From the NCBI GenBank assembly GCA_043718225.1, contig JAYSWD010000001.1, forward strand, positions 49,092 through 113,091: DNA of 64,000 nucleotides, written 5' to 3'. The translations under genes and the position numbers were made by a program. The notes below the pieces were generated by a model. The model was not told the origin of the DNA. It saw only the letters and a program-made list of their open reading frames with translations, and did no database searches. Source of the DNA: Candidatus Omnitrophota bacterium. GTDB lineage: Bacteria; Omnitrophota; Omnitrophia; Omnitrophales; Aquincolibacteriaceae. Every line of letters starts with the position of its first letter. Position 1 is the stretch's first letter. This document shows positions 9,691 through 18,703 of this stretch, in pieces.

Positions 9691-9713
9691 GCTCTGGGCT
9701 TTTGCCCAACCGC
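9691..9713 (+). repeat. Family A repeat
   Basis: gctctgggcttttgcccaaccgc. Confidence 0.8.
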
Positions 9714-9764
9714 ATGAGCTGAGCATGAGCAACTGCGGATCATTGGAAATGCTCGGATTAAGTT

Positions 9765-10508
9765 ATGGCCACAGTAGGGTCTTCCGAAACTCAAATTGAG
9801 TTATTTGATTTTGACAGGAAGGCCATTCTTTCCGGTGGTCAGGCCGAAGGCGATACTGTCGGTCGCTGGGCCGGAGTCGATGAGGCCGGCCGAGGACCGC
9901 TCGCGGGTCCTGTGGTTGCCGCCGCGGTCATTCTGATCTTTCCCGAAGGCCTTGAAGGCTTAAATGACTCCAAGAAGCTCACCGCTAAAAAACGAAAAAT
10001 GCTTTACAGCGAAATTATTTCGCGCCAGTTGGTGGGAATCGGCTTCGCCGACGAAAAAGAAATCGACACGATTAATATTCTGCGAGCGTCATTACTTGCC
10101 ATGAAGCGCGCCGTGCTTGATCTTTGCATTTCTCCGACCGGCCTTTTAATTGACGGAACTTATTCCACGGATTTACCTCTTCCGCAAAAAACAGTGATCG
10201 AAGGCGACGCCAAATCCGCGAGTATCGCCGCCGCCTCGGTCGTTGCGAAAGTCGTGCGGGACGCGTGGATGGAAAAATGTGATATCGAATATCCGCTTTA
10301 TGGTTTCGGGAAACACAAGGGCTATGGAACTAAGATTCATATGGATGCGCTAACGGAACATGGGCCATGCGCGATTCACCGCCGTAGCTTTGAGCCGGTG
10401 CGACGGCTACATTTAAGCTCTGAGCCAAGGCTCAACCGCACGGAAAATCCCAGCTCTGGAATTTTGCCCCTGTCTGCCGGCAGGCAGGCAACCACGCACA
10501 TGCCATGA
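9765..10508 (+). CDS. rnhB: ribonuclease HII with a ~35 aa C-terminal tail encoded by repeat elements
   Basis: AGVDEAGRGPLAGPVV and HRRSFEPV motifs. The tail after ..PVRRLHL is encoded by Family A copies plus a CTGCCGGCAGG palindrome. The start is uncertain, since an internal Met is possible. Confidence 0.8.
   Translation: MATVGSSETQIELFDFDRKAILSGGQAEGDTVGRWAGVDEAGRGPLAGPVVAAAVILIFPEGLEGLNDSKKLTAKKRKMLYSEIISRQLVGIGFADEKEIDTINILRASLLAMKRAVLDLCISPTGLLIDGTYSTDLPLPQKTVIEGDAKSASIAAASVVAKVVRDAWMEKCDIEYPLYGFGKHKGYGTKIHMDALTEHGPCAIHRRSFEPVRRLHLSSEPRLNRTENPSSGILPLSAGRQATTHMP
10417..10439 (+). repeat. Family A repeat, in the rnhB C-terminal tail
   Basis: gctctgagccaaggctcaaccgc. Confidence 0.8.
10469..10488. 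repeat. Family E GC palindrome (CTGYCYGCCGGCRGGCAGG)
   Basis: cctgtctgccggcaggcagg, in the rnhB tail, where it encodes ..AGRQA.. Confidence 0.55.
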
Positions 10509-10891
10509 AAATCAAACCGGTAGAGGCGGACTTTCATTTGTCGCTTGGAGACCGCGGTGAAATTATTGCCGCGGCATATCTGGTTGAAAGAGGATATAAG
10601 ATCCTGGAAAAAAAGGCGCGGACTCCTTACGGCGAACTGGACCTTATTGTGCGCACAAAGGACGCCGTGGTCTTTGTTGAGGTCAAAACAAGAAGCTCCC
10701 GGCAATTTGGCTTGCCCGAAGAAGCGGTTGAGGCTCAAAAGCAAAAGCAAATGATCCGGCTCGCGAATGGATACCTTCAAAAGAACGGCCTTTCCAAAAT
10801 GAAGGCGCGCTTTGATGTGATGTCTATACTTTATAATGGTGTCAATGAACCGCAAATCCGACACATTCAAAACGCTTTTGACGCGCAATAA
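10505..10891 (+). CDS. YraN-family (UPF0102) predicted endonuclease
   Basis: DLIVRTKDAVVFVEVKTRSS core typical of UPF0102. Its start overlaps the rnhB stop (ATGA). Confidence 0.75.
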   Translation: MKIKPVEADFHLSLGDRGEIIAAAYLVERGYKILEKKARTPYGELDLIVRTKDAVVFVEVKTRSSRQFGLPEEAVEAQKQKQMIRLANGYLQKNGLSKMKARFDVMSILYNGVNEPQIRHIQNAFDAQ

Positions 10892-10994
10892 CCTCTCAAG
10901 CGCTTAAAGGAGATGCCGATAGAAATATGCGCTGAATATGAGCAATTGCTTGAATGCGGCCTTTATTGTTCTTATAATCTGCGCCCAAGGAATT

Positions 10995-12320
10995 ATGTTT
11001 AATAAAATAAAACGTCAAAACACAGTTTGGGGAGCCGCCCTATTGGCCGTGCTTATTTTGCAGGCGGCACCGGCTTTTTCAGCCGCTCCCGACAAATATG
11101 CCCCGGTTTATGAAAAGCCGCTGAAGTCCTCGGCTTTGAAAGACCCGCTTTCTTATATTCTCGCGTTTCCTTTCGAACTCATCCGCTGGCCGATGAGCAA
11201 AAACCTTCTTTTCGTTGAGCAGCAGCATCTCGACCAAAAATTTAAATGGCTTTATACCTATCTCAAGAATCACGGTATTACGCCTTCTTTCGGTTATTCC
11301 GGAGGAACGGGATTTGAAACGGGATTGAAACTCGACCTTCCGCGGCTCACCGACTTAAAAACAAAATATCCTGATTTTATTTGGGATACGTGGATTAATT
11401 ACGGTCACGATGTTTATTTTCAAACCGGAACCGAAGTAGGCCTGGAGAAAATCGCCGGAACCGATTTTTTTGCTTCGGGCCTGGTTCAATATGAAAAACG
11501 TTTTCAGGAAGATTTTTACGGTATCGGTCCCGACACCAGCAAAGGTGAGGGAGTTTCCTACGAAATTGAAACGACAACTGTAGCCGGAAAAGCCGGATAT
11601 GAATTTTCGCCGAGTCTCAAGGCCATGACGCATATTAAGTACAGAAACATTAATGTCGGCGAAAGCGACGATGAAGGCAAAGGGCAGCTTGCCCAGTATG
11701 CCCCGGCTCGCCTGAATGGGTTTTCGGGCGACAGAATTTTGACCCTGGCGGGCGAGATCAAGCACGACACACGCGATTTTATTGACGCTCCGACCAAGGG
11801 CGGTTACCGGCAACTGTTTTTCGGCTATAACGAAGGGTTCGGAGATTCGCAGGCGCGCTATTTGACTTATCGCGCGGATATCGCGCAGTATCTAAAAGTG
11901 GGATCTGATCGCCGCATTCTCGCTTTGCGCGGATTAATGCAAATGCAGGATGAGTTTAACGGCGGTTATGTTCCTTTTTACGATTTATCTAAATTGGGCG
12001 GCTATGGAACGATGCCCCAGGTCAGCGAAACGTTGCGCAGTTACGGTGCCAACCGTTTTACCGGAAACAACCTTTTGCTTTTCAATATCGAATACCGTTT
12101 TGCGATTTGGGAGTATAAGGAATTACAGCTCGACGCCGTTCCGTTCTTGGATATCGGGCAGGTTTTCGGCGAGTGGAGCCGCTTCCAAATGAAGGATTTT
12201 AATGAGTCGTATGGTTTGGAATTCCGTGTCTATGTTGCGAGAACAGGCCTTTTAAATATTTCTGTCGCTCACGGCGACGAAGGCACGAACTTTTTTGTCC
12301 GCACCAAGAGAGCTTTTTAA
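10995..12320 (+). CDS. Omp85/surface-antigen-family outer membrane beta-barrel protein without POTRA repeats
   Basis: A signal peptide after the Met at 10995 (MFNKIKRQ..AAPAFSA), alternating beta-strand patterning, a C-terminal barrel signature and a terminal Phe (..FFVRTKRAF). Confidence 0.55.
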   Translation: MFNKIKRQNTVWGAALLAVLILQAAPAFSAAPDKYAPVYEKPLKSSALKDPLSYILAFPFELIRWPMSKNLLFVEQQHLDQKFKWLYTYLKNHGITPSFGYSGGTGFETGLKLDLPRLTDLKTKYPDFIWDTWINYGHDVYFQTGTEVGLEKIAGTDFFASGLVQYEKRFQEDFYGIGPDTSKGEGVSYEIETTTVAGKAGYEFSPSLKAMTHIKYRNINVGESDDEGKGQLAQYAPARLNGFSGDRILTLAGEIKHDTRDFIDAPTKGGYRQLFFGYNEGFGDSQARYLTYRADIAQYLKVGSDRRILALRGLMQMQDEFNGGYVPFYDLSKLGGYGTMPQVSETLRSYGANRFTGNNLLLFNIEYRFAIWEYKELQLDAVPFLDIGQVFGEWSRFQMKDFNESYGLEFRVYVARTGLLNISVAHGDEGTNFFVRTKRAF

Positions 12321-12321
12321 A

Positions 12322-13893
12322 ATGACAAGCATATTCAAAAAAATATTCGCGGCGATTCTGTTGGTTGCAGTCGCGCTGCCGTGCAATGCGCCGGCGGCAG
12401 AAACAGCCGATTACCGTAAACAGGAAACGCTGCCTTACAGAGATATTTACGAGCAAAATGTTCACAGTGAAATCGTCAATCAGCTCGACTTAAGCCGGCA
12501 GACGAGAAGGCTTTTTAACAAGCCTCTGCGCGCGGCCAATATTAATGCTTTTGATGAAGTTCCGGACTCCTCTTTTTTTACGAATCGCCACGCGCGCGCC
12601 GCTCTTTCCAAAGAGCAGCTCGCTAAAGGATTTGTTGAAAACAGCGGGCCTGATCTTGCGGGTGATTTAGCCGTGATAGGCGGAGAGATCGAAGGCGTGC
12701 ACCCAAGCTATTTTGTGAAGGATTCGCGCGGCGACCAGTATATTTTAAAATTTGATTCAGCCGAAAATCCGGAACTTTCTACCGCCGCGGAAATTATCGG
12801 CAGCCGCTTTTATCACGCGCTTGGTTATAACGTGCCGCAGTATACAATCGAGTTAATCTCGGCGGAAAAAGTAAAAGCGGCTGAAGGGTCTATGCTCCGC
12901 GATGACACGGGCTTCCGTAAACCGCTGACTCAGGAACGGCTCGATGAATATTTTCTTTTTTCGCCGCAAACCGCCGACGGATCCTACCGCGTTGCTGCAA
13001 GCAAAATTCTTACGGGAGAAAATAAAGGCTATTTCAGCCTTATCGGCCGCCGCAAAAACGACCCTGATGACATTATTAATCACCGTGACCGCAGGGAAAT
13101 CCGCGCTTTAGCCGTATTTGCCGCGTGGCTTAATAACAGCGGCGTCAGTGAAACCAATACGCTGGATGTTGTTGCGAATGAAAACGGGAAAATATTTTTA
13201 AAGCATTATTTGATTAATTTTAACGGCGTTCTCGGAAGCGCGGGACACGGGGCTAAGCCGCCGATGTACGGGCATGAATACATCGCCGATTTTAGCGACA
13301 TAGCCAAGGCCTTTTTTACATTGGGCTTTTGGGAAAAGCCCTGGCAAAAACGCTGGCGCGAAGCCGGCGAAAAACCGAATGACTCGACGGCGGTTGGATA
13401 TTTGGACAATCGCGAATTTAAGCCGGGTAAATATAAAAACCAATTACCTTACGAATCTTTTAAGCGCGTGACCCGCGCGGATGGATTTTGGGCGGCAAAG
13501 CAAATCGCCGCTTTCAGCGATGAAGATATTCGCACCATGGTCTCAGCCGGAAAATTAACTTCTTCCGAAGACGCCGAATTCATTTCAAAAAATCTTATAG
13601 AACGGCGCGATTTGATAACTCAATATTGGTTTTCGATGGCGGCGCCTTTGGATGACTTTAGCGTTGAATCCGGCAAACTCGTGTTTAAGGATTTAGCCAA
13701 GCCCGCAGCCTCTGTGTATTACGTCACAGCGTTAAATGAAAAAAATAAAGCTGTGAAGTCCTGGACGGTAAATGAACCGCGTATCAACGTAGACTCCAAT
13801 CAGACTTTAGAAGTCCGCACCTCCGAAAATGGCCCGTTTGTCCGCGTCGCTGTGAATGCGGACAATGTTCTCTCCGTTCGACACGAAGACTAA
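12322..13893 (+). CDS. hypothetical secreted protein (523 aa), signal peptide, translationally coupled to the upstream barrel gene
   Basis: The ATG at 12322 (MTSIFKKIFAAILLVAVALPCNA) comes 2 nt after the barrel gene's stop. I recognise no known family. Confidence 0.5.
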   Translation: MTSIFKKIFAAILLVAVALPCNAPAAETADYRKQETLPYRDIYEQNVHSEIVNQLDLSRQTRRLFNKPLRAANINAFDEVPDSSFFTNRHARAALSKEQLAKGFVENSGPDLAGDLAVIGGEIEGVHPSYFVKDSRGDQYILKFDSAENPELSTAAEIIGSRFYHALGYNVPQYTIELISAEKVKAAEGSMLRDDTGFRKPLTQERLDEYFLFSPQTADGSYRVAASKILTGENKGYFSLIGRRKNDPDDIINHRDRREIRALAVFAAWLNNSGVSETNTLDVVANENGKIFLKHYLINFNGVLGSAGHGAKPPMYGHEYIADFSDIAKAFFTLGFWEKPWQKRWREAGEKPNDSTAVGYLDNREFKPGKYKNQLPYESFKRVTRADGFWAAKQIAAFSDEDIRTMVSAGKLTSSEDAEFISKNLIERRDLITQYWFSMAAPLDDFSVESGKLVFKDLAKPAASVYYVTALNEKNKAVKSWTVNEPRINVDSNQTLEVRTSENGPFVRVAVNADNVLSVRHED

Positions 13894-13903
13894 GATCTCT
13901 CTA

Positions 13904-13925
13904 CTCTGAGCCTCAGCTCAACCGC
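13904..13925 (+). repeat. Family A repeat
   Basis: actctgagcctcagctcaaccgc. Confidence 0.8.
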
Positions 13926-13953
13926 AAAGTCTCATTCTAATATATAATTTGGC

Positions 13954-14979
13954 ATGACGAACTTTTCTGAAACAGTTAATTTAGCGGTAAAAAATTTACG
14001 TGATATTCTCACGTTGTCTTTTGATCACTCGGAAAATAAAGACGCGATTGTTGTCTTTGATAAAAACTGCGATTTGGCGAATTTGCTCACCGAAGCTTAC
14101 CGGCGTGTTTTGCCTCGGGCGCGGTTTATTGATTTTGAGACCATCAAACCCGAAGAAGCGTTGGCGCTTTTCGAAGTCCTCAAGCCGGGCGGCCTGGCAG
14201 TTTTAATTCAATCCACCAGCTTCCGTCTAAGTGCTTTTCGAATACGTATTGAGCTTTTCAATCTCTCGATTAAAGTGATTGAGCATCCGCATTTGAATAC
14301 CATGGAAGGCGACCAGATGCGCGTGTATGTCGATGCGCTGGCTTATGACGCGCCTTATTTCCGGAATACCGGCAATGCGCTGCGCACTCTGATTAACGGA
14401 GCTTCTTCGGGAGTTGTCGACAGCGGCGGCGATAAACTGGTTTTTGCCGCGGGTTTCGAGCCCGCAAAAATGAATGTCGGAGATTATTCAAGCATGAAAA
14501 ACATCGGCGGCCAATTTCCCATTGGCGAAGTTTTTACCGAATCAAAAAAACTGGAAGACGTCAACGGCCGCGTGCGCATTTTCGCTTTCGGCGATACGGG
14601 ATTCGTGGTGAACAAGCCGGAAAAACCGATCACACTTGTGATCGAAAATGGGCGCGTTACGGATGCGCTTGATTCGACGCCTGAATTTAATGAAGTGCTC
14701 GCGAATATTGTCGCGGATGAAAACGACGTTTGGGTGCGGGAATTGGGCTTTGGCTTAAACCGCGCATTTTCGCGCGACCGTATTGTAAGCGACATCGGAA
14801 GCTACGAGCGCATGTGCGGCGTCCATCTTTCGCTGGGCGCGAAACATTCTGTCTATGCTAAGCCCGACTTTGCTTTTTCACGCCGCACCGCACGGCATCA
14901 TGTCGATGTTTTTGCCGTAACGGAAGCGGTCATGCTTGATGAGAGGGTGATCTATAAGGACGGCGCTTGGTGTGTTTAA
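13954..14979 (+). CDS. hypothetical protein, possibly an aminopeptidase-like (M29-like) fold
   Basis: A long, well-supported ORF. The similarity to thermophilic aminopeptidases is weak and from memory only. Confidence 0.4.
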   Translation: MTNFSETVNLAVKNLRDILTLSFDHSENKDAIVVFDKNCDLANLLTEAYRRVLPRARFIDFETIKPEEALALFEVLKPGGLAVLIQSTSFRLSAFRIRIELFNLSIKVIEHPHLNTMEGDQMRVYVDALAYDAPYFRNTGNALRTLINGASSGVVDSGGDKLVFAAGFEPAKMNVGDYSSMKNIGGQFPIGEVFTESKKLEDVNGRVRIFAFGDTGFVVNKPEKPITLVIENGRVTDALDSTPEFNEVLANIVADENDVWVRELGFGLNRAFSRDRIVSDIGSYERMCGVHLSLGAKHSVYAKPDFAFSRRTARHHVDVFAVTEAVMLDERVIYKDGAWCV

Positions 14980-14991
14980 AGGGAGATTTAA

Positions 14992-15693
14992 ATGACGGAT
15001 AACAGCGAAGAAAATAAAAAAGTGGCGGCGGTATTAGGCGGTCTAGCGGATTCCGCAGGGCTAAAGGCTGAAGCGGAAAGAACGCTTTCCTCTCCGCGCC
15101 GGACCTATTCACTGTTTGGCAAAGTTCTTTTCTTTTGCATGGATTTTTTCTACGGCAAGCCGCGAACTTTTTCCAAGTTTAAAGTGCTTGAGGTGGTAGC
15201 ACGTGTGCCTTATCAGGCATGGGAGCATGTGGCCTATATTTCCATGACGCACACCTACGCATTGCCTGATTTTGCGCGCAGAATTTTTGATTTTATTCAG
15301 GAGGCGCGCCATCAGCAGGATAACGAGCAATGGCATCTGCTAATTCTTGAAGAATTAACCCAGAAAAAAGGAATCAAAGAAAATTTCTGGCTTTACCGGA
15401 TTCTCCCGCAATTCGGCGCGTTTTTTTATTACCATGTCAGCTGGCTGCTTTATGTGATTCAGCCGGCTTGGAGCTATGAACTGAACGCGGACTTTGAAGA
15501 CCATGCCGAACATGAGTACATGGAATTTGTGCGCGAAAACCCGGCTTTTGAAAACGAACCATTTGAAAGCACTTTCGAAAAAGATTACGGTTCTTTCAAA
15601 AGCTTAGCTGATTTATTGCGGCGAATCGGCTTGGATGAAAGGCAGCATAAGGAAGAAAGCATGCGAAGAATCGAAAAGGCGCGTTTCGCCTGA
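14992..15693 (+). CDS. alternative oxidase (AOX/PTOX-like) di-iron carboxylate ubiquinol oxidase
   Basis: Four AOX iron-ligand regions are present: LEVVARVP, NEQWH, EDHAEHEY and DERQH (the E...ExxH...E...ExxH pattern). The size is ~233 aa. Confidence 0.65.
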   Translation: MTDNSEENKKVAAVLGGLADSAGLKAEAERTLSSPRRTYSLFGKVLFFCMDFFYGKPRTFSKFKVLEVVARVPYQAWEHVAYISMTHTYALPDFARRIFDFIQEARHQQDNEQWHLLILEELTQKKGIKENFWLYRILPQFGAFFYYHVSWLLYVIQPAWSYELNADFEDHAEHEYMEFVRENPAFENEPFESTFEKDYGSFKSLADLLRRIGLDERQHKEESMRRIEKARFA

Positions 15694-15749
15694 CATCAAG
15701 GCTGTGAAGTTGCGCTTTAACCGGTGGATGTAGCCACAGGCCGAGGGCT

Positions 15750-15953
15750 TCATTTTTTTATTTTTAGTGACTTGAGATAAGCAAGCGCAAGATTGACGGC
15801 ATTTTTGAATGGCTTTGTATTGCGCTCCGCTTTTGCCATCCATAATCCACCTTGAGTGATAGTGTAACAAAAATCCACTAATGCCACTGCCGATGGATTT
15901 TTCTTGAGTCTGCCGACCGCCTGTTCTTTTCTGAAGAAATCAGCGAAAGCCAT
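15750..15953 (-). CDS. small hypothetical ORF (67 aa) in an otherwise empty 470 bp gap, with no clear RBS
   Basis: It is only the longest ORF in the 15694-16163 gap, and coding status is doubtful. Confidence 0.15.
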   Translation of the reverse strand: MAFADFFRKEQAVGRLKKNPSAVALVDFCYTITQGGLWMAKAERNTKPFKNAVNLALAYLKSLKIKK

Positions 15954-16163
15954 TTAAAGCCGTGCACACAGGAGAATTCGCTTTGGCTCAAGAAGGCGCT
16001 TCAGCCCGGATGACTTGGCGCATGTATGGAACAAATAATTTTATGAGTAAAGTTATCAATATTTTCATGAGTTGCGATAAAATGATAGGTGAACAATTCG
16101 AAAAAGGTCTTAATAGTTTAAAAACAATGCTTGAAAAAGCATAAACAATTTAAAAAGGAATCT

Positions 16164-16763
16164 ATGAAAAAACTAATTTTAACGCTTGGAATTTTAACGG
16201 TATTGAATGGCCAGGTTTCCTTTGCGGAAGAGGTGCCGACAGGAATGCCGCCGATGGACGAAAAAATGATTGAAGCTATGAAGCTCATGCAGCCGGGAGA
16301 AGATCATCGCAAATTGGATGTATTAGTCGGTAAGTTTAAAGCTAAGACGACAATGTGGATGAGCGCGGATGCGCCAGCTGAAATTTCGGAAGCAAGCAGC
16401 GAAACCAAATGGATTTTAGACGGACGGTTTATTCAACAGACTTTCAAAGGGCAATTTTTGGGCAGGCCCTTTGAGGGAATGGCGATCATAGGGTATGACA
16501 ATGTCGCGAAAGAATATACTTCAATTTGGATTGATAATATGGCCACAGGCGTGATGAAATCAACCGGGCAATATGATGCGGCCACGAAAACTTTCAAAGA
16601 AGAAGGTACTTTTTCTTGTCCTTTAACAGGCAAAAAAGATAATGCGCATAAGGGAATTACCAAAATTGTGGATGCTGACCATCACATTTTTGAAATGTGG
16701 CATGATGATGTGAAGACCGGTAAAAATTATAAAGCCATGGAAATCGTTTACGAGCGCGCATAA
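16164..16763 (+). CDS. secreted protein, DUF1579-like
   Basis: A signal peptide (MKKLILTLGILTVLNGQVSFA) and C-terminal similarity to DUF1579 proteins, from memory. Confidence 0.5.
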   Translation: MKKLILTLGILTVLNGQVSFAEEVPTGMPPMDEKMIEAMKLMQPGEDHRKLDVLVGKFKAKTTMWMSADAPAEISEASSETKWILDGRFIQQTFKGQFLGRPFEGMAIIGYDNVAKEYTSIWIDNMATGVMKSTGQYDAATKTFKEEGTFSCPLTGKKDNAHKGITKIVDADHHIFEMWHDDVKTGKNYKAMEIVYERA

Positions 16764-16796
16764 TTTCTCCGGCAATCAAAAATAAGGCGGTTCATA

Positions 16797-17225
16797 ATGT
16801 TTAAGAAGTTTTTCTCTGTATTGAATCATTCAACCTTCGGCGATATTGCGTTGCTTCTTTTGCGCCTCGTTACCGGTACCGCGTTTATTCTGCATGGCTG
16901 GGGCAAAATTCAGCATCCGCTTAATTGGATGGGGCCTGATGCGCCGGTTCCGGCCGTGCTGCAGTTTTTAGCGGCTTTTTCGGAATTCGGCGGGGGCATT
17001 GCGCTGATCCTCGGACTTTTGACGCCCCTTGCGGCGCTTGGACTCGCTTCCACGATGGCCGTGGCAGTGCATATGCATGCCATTGTCAGGAAAGATCCGT
17101 TTGTAAATCTGACGGGCGGCATGTCCTATGAACCCGCGCTCGGGTATTTGGCAATCGCGATTCTGATTATCGCGATGGGGCCAGGGAGATTCTCTCTCGA
17201 CTCGAAAATATTCGGTAAAAAGTAA
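16797..17225 (+). CDS. DoxX-family membrane protein
   Basis: LLLRLVTGTAFILHGWGKI and multiple TM segments, 142 aa. Confidence 0.7.
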   Translation: MFKKFFSVLNHSTFGDIALLLLRLVTGTAFILHGWGKIQHPLNWMGPDAPVPAVLQFLAAFSEFGGGIALILGLLTPLAALGLASTMAVAVHMHAIVRKDPFVNLTGGMSYEPALGYLAIAILIIAMGPGRFSLDSKIFGKK

Positions 17226-17244
17226 CAGCCTCCGTTCGGCTTTC

Positions 17245-17279
17245 GCAGCCTCAACCGGCTGTAAGACGGTTGAGGCTGC
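17245..17279 (+). terminator. 12 bp hairpin after doxX with no T-run, followed by TGCTATAAT
   Basis: gcagcctcaaccggctgtaagacggttgaggctgc. Confidence 0.4.
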
Positions 17280-17281
17280 TC

Positions 17282-17299
17282 TGCTATAATTCCACCATG
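17282..17299 (+). promoter_or_regulatory. Extended −10 box TGCTATAAT 6 nt upstream of the pabB ATG (leaderless-type arrangement)
   Basis: ctgctataattccaccATG. Confidence 0.35.
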
Positions 17300-18559
17300 A
17301 AACAGGATCGACTTTCTCCCTGGCAGGTTTATCAATCCATTTACGCCTCGCAAAAGGTGTCATTTTTTCTCGACAGCATCACTTATCAAAAGCCCAATCA
17401 GCGCTATTCTTTGATTGGCTGGAAGCCCGAAGCCGAGCTGATCCTGCATGAGAAAGATTTAAATGCCGCGGGATTAAAACGTCTGCGTGAATTTGTGCTG
17501 AAAAAAGGTTTTGTTTTCGGTTACTTCGGCTATGAAGCCGCTGCGCTATTTGATACGGTAAAGTTCAGGACTAAAAAATCTTCGGTGTATCCGGCTGTTT
17601 ATCTGGGTTGTTTTAAAAACCTCTGCCGTTATGACCATAAGCTGAAAAAATGGCATGGCCGAATTCCCACCAGTTTATCCGCGCCGCGCGAAAAACTCAA
17701 ATTCAATGGTTTTCGCCCTGAAATTTCAAAAGCCCGGTTTACGGCGAATGTGCGCCGCGCGAAAAAATATATCGAAGCGGGAGATATTTATCAGGCGAAC
17801 TTATCTCAAAAGTTTCTTTTTAATTATCAGGGCTCTCCGCTTGTGATTTATGACCGTCTGCGCCGAATCAACCCGTCGCCTTTTTCTTCATTCATTAAAA
17901 TTCGCGGGCTTGAAGTGGCGAGCTCGTCACCGGAACGGTTAGTACAAAAACGCGGAAGATTTTGTGAAACGCGCCCTATCGCAGGCACCTGTCCGCGACA
18001 TTTAAGCCTCCGCGCTAGCTGCGCGACCGGCGAACAAAAATTGGCAGAGTGGAGAGAAAAATTAATCGGCAGTAGCAAGGAACGCGCCGAACATTTAATG
18101 CTGGTTGATTTGGAAAGAAACGATTTGGGGCGTGTATGTGAATACCGCTCCGTGAAAGTGGAAGAGTTCATGACGCTTGAAAAGTATTCACATGTAGTGC
18201 ATTTGGTTTCGAGCGTCACCGGAAAACTGCGCAAAGACAAAGACGGCCTAAGCCTGCTTGCCGCGATGTTTCCCGGCGGCACGATTACGGGCTGCCCTAA
18301 AATCCGCTGCATGGAAATCATTGATGAGCTTGAGCCGTCGCGGCGGGGTCTTTATACCGGATCCATCGGCTATGTTATGCCGAACGGGGACATGGATTGG
18401 AATATTGTGATTCGCACTTTAGTTTTTAATGAGGGAAAGGGAAGCTTTCAAGTTGGAGCGGGGATTGTGCATGATTCGGAACCGGAAAAAGAATATTTAG
18501 AAACGCTCGCGAAGGGCGAAGCGATGATGCAGGCATTAGCCGAGGCAAGCGCAATCTGA
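17297..18559 (+). CDS. pabB: aminodeoxychorismate synthase component I (chorismate-binding enzyme, PabB/TrpE family)
   Basis: C-terminal chorismate-binding signature (FPGGTITGCPKIRCMEIIDELE, GLYTGSIGYV). It is adjacent to pabC and folC. Confidence 0.75.
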   Translation: MKQDRLSPWQVYQSIYASQKVSFFLDSITYQKPNQRYSLIGWKPEAELILHEKDLNAAGLKRLREFVLKKGFVFGYFGYEAAALFDTVKFRTKKSSVYPAVYLGCFKNLCRYDHKLKKWHGRIPTSLSAPREKLKFNGFRPEISKARFTANVRRAKKYIEAGDIYQANLSQKFLFNYQGSPLVIYDRLRRINPSPFSSFIKIRGLEVASSSPERLVQKRGRFCETRPIAGTCPRHLSLRASCATGEQKLAEWREKLIGSSKERAEHLMLVDLERNDLGRVCEYRSVKVEEFMTLEKYSHVVHLVSSVTGKLRKDKDGLSLLAAMFPGGTITGCPKIRCMEIIDELEPSRRGLYTGSIGYVMPNGDMDWNIVIRTLVFNEGKGSFQVGAGIVHDSEPEKEYLETLAKGEAMMQALAEASAI

Positions 18560-18562
18560 TGA

Positions 18563-18666
18563 AAAATGCTTGCTCACTGCGTTGCAAACAGCGCTCCCTT
18601 GTGCGACGTATTACCGCATACGCCTCCGCGGTCGCTTGTTTACGCCTTGTGCCCAAGCCTTTTTGA
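18563..18666 (+). repeat. Family B ~105 nt structured terminator-associated repeat (A5...CTGC.TCGTT...CCTTGTGCG...CCTCCGCGG...CGCCTTG...T5GA)
   Basis: Copy after pabB, with the conserved blocks tgcgttgcaaa, cccttgtgcg, gtattaccgcatacgcctccgcgg and cctttttga. Confidence 0.75.
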
Positions 18667-18703
18667 TCAGATTGTGTTATAAAATTATTATTTGGAGAAA
18701 TAA

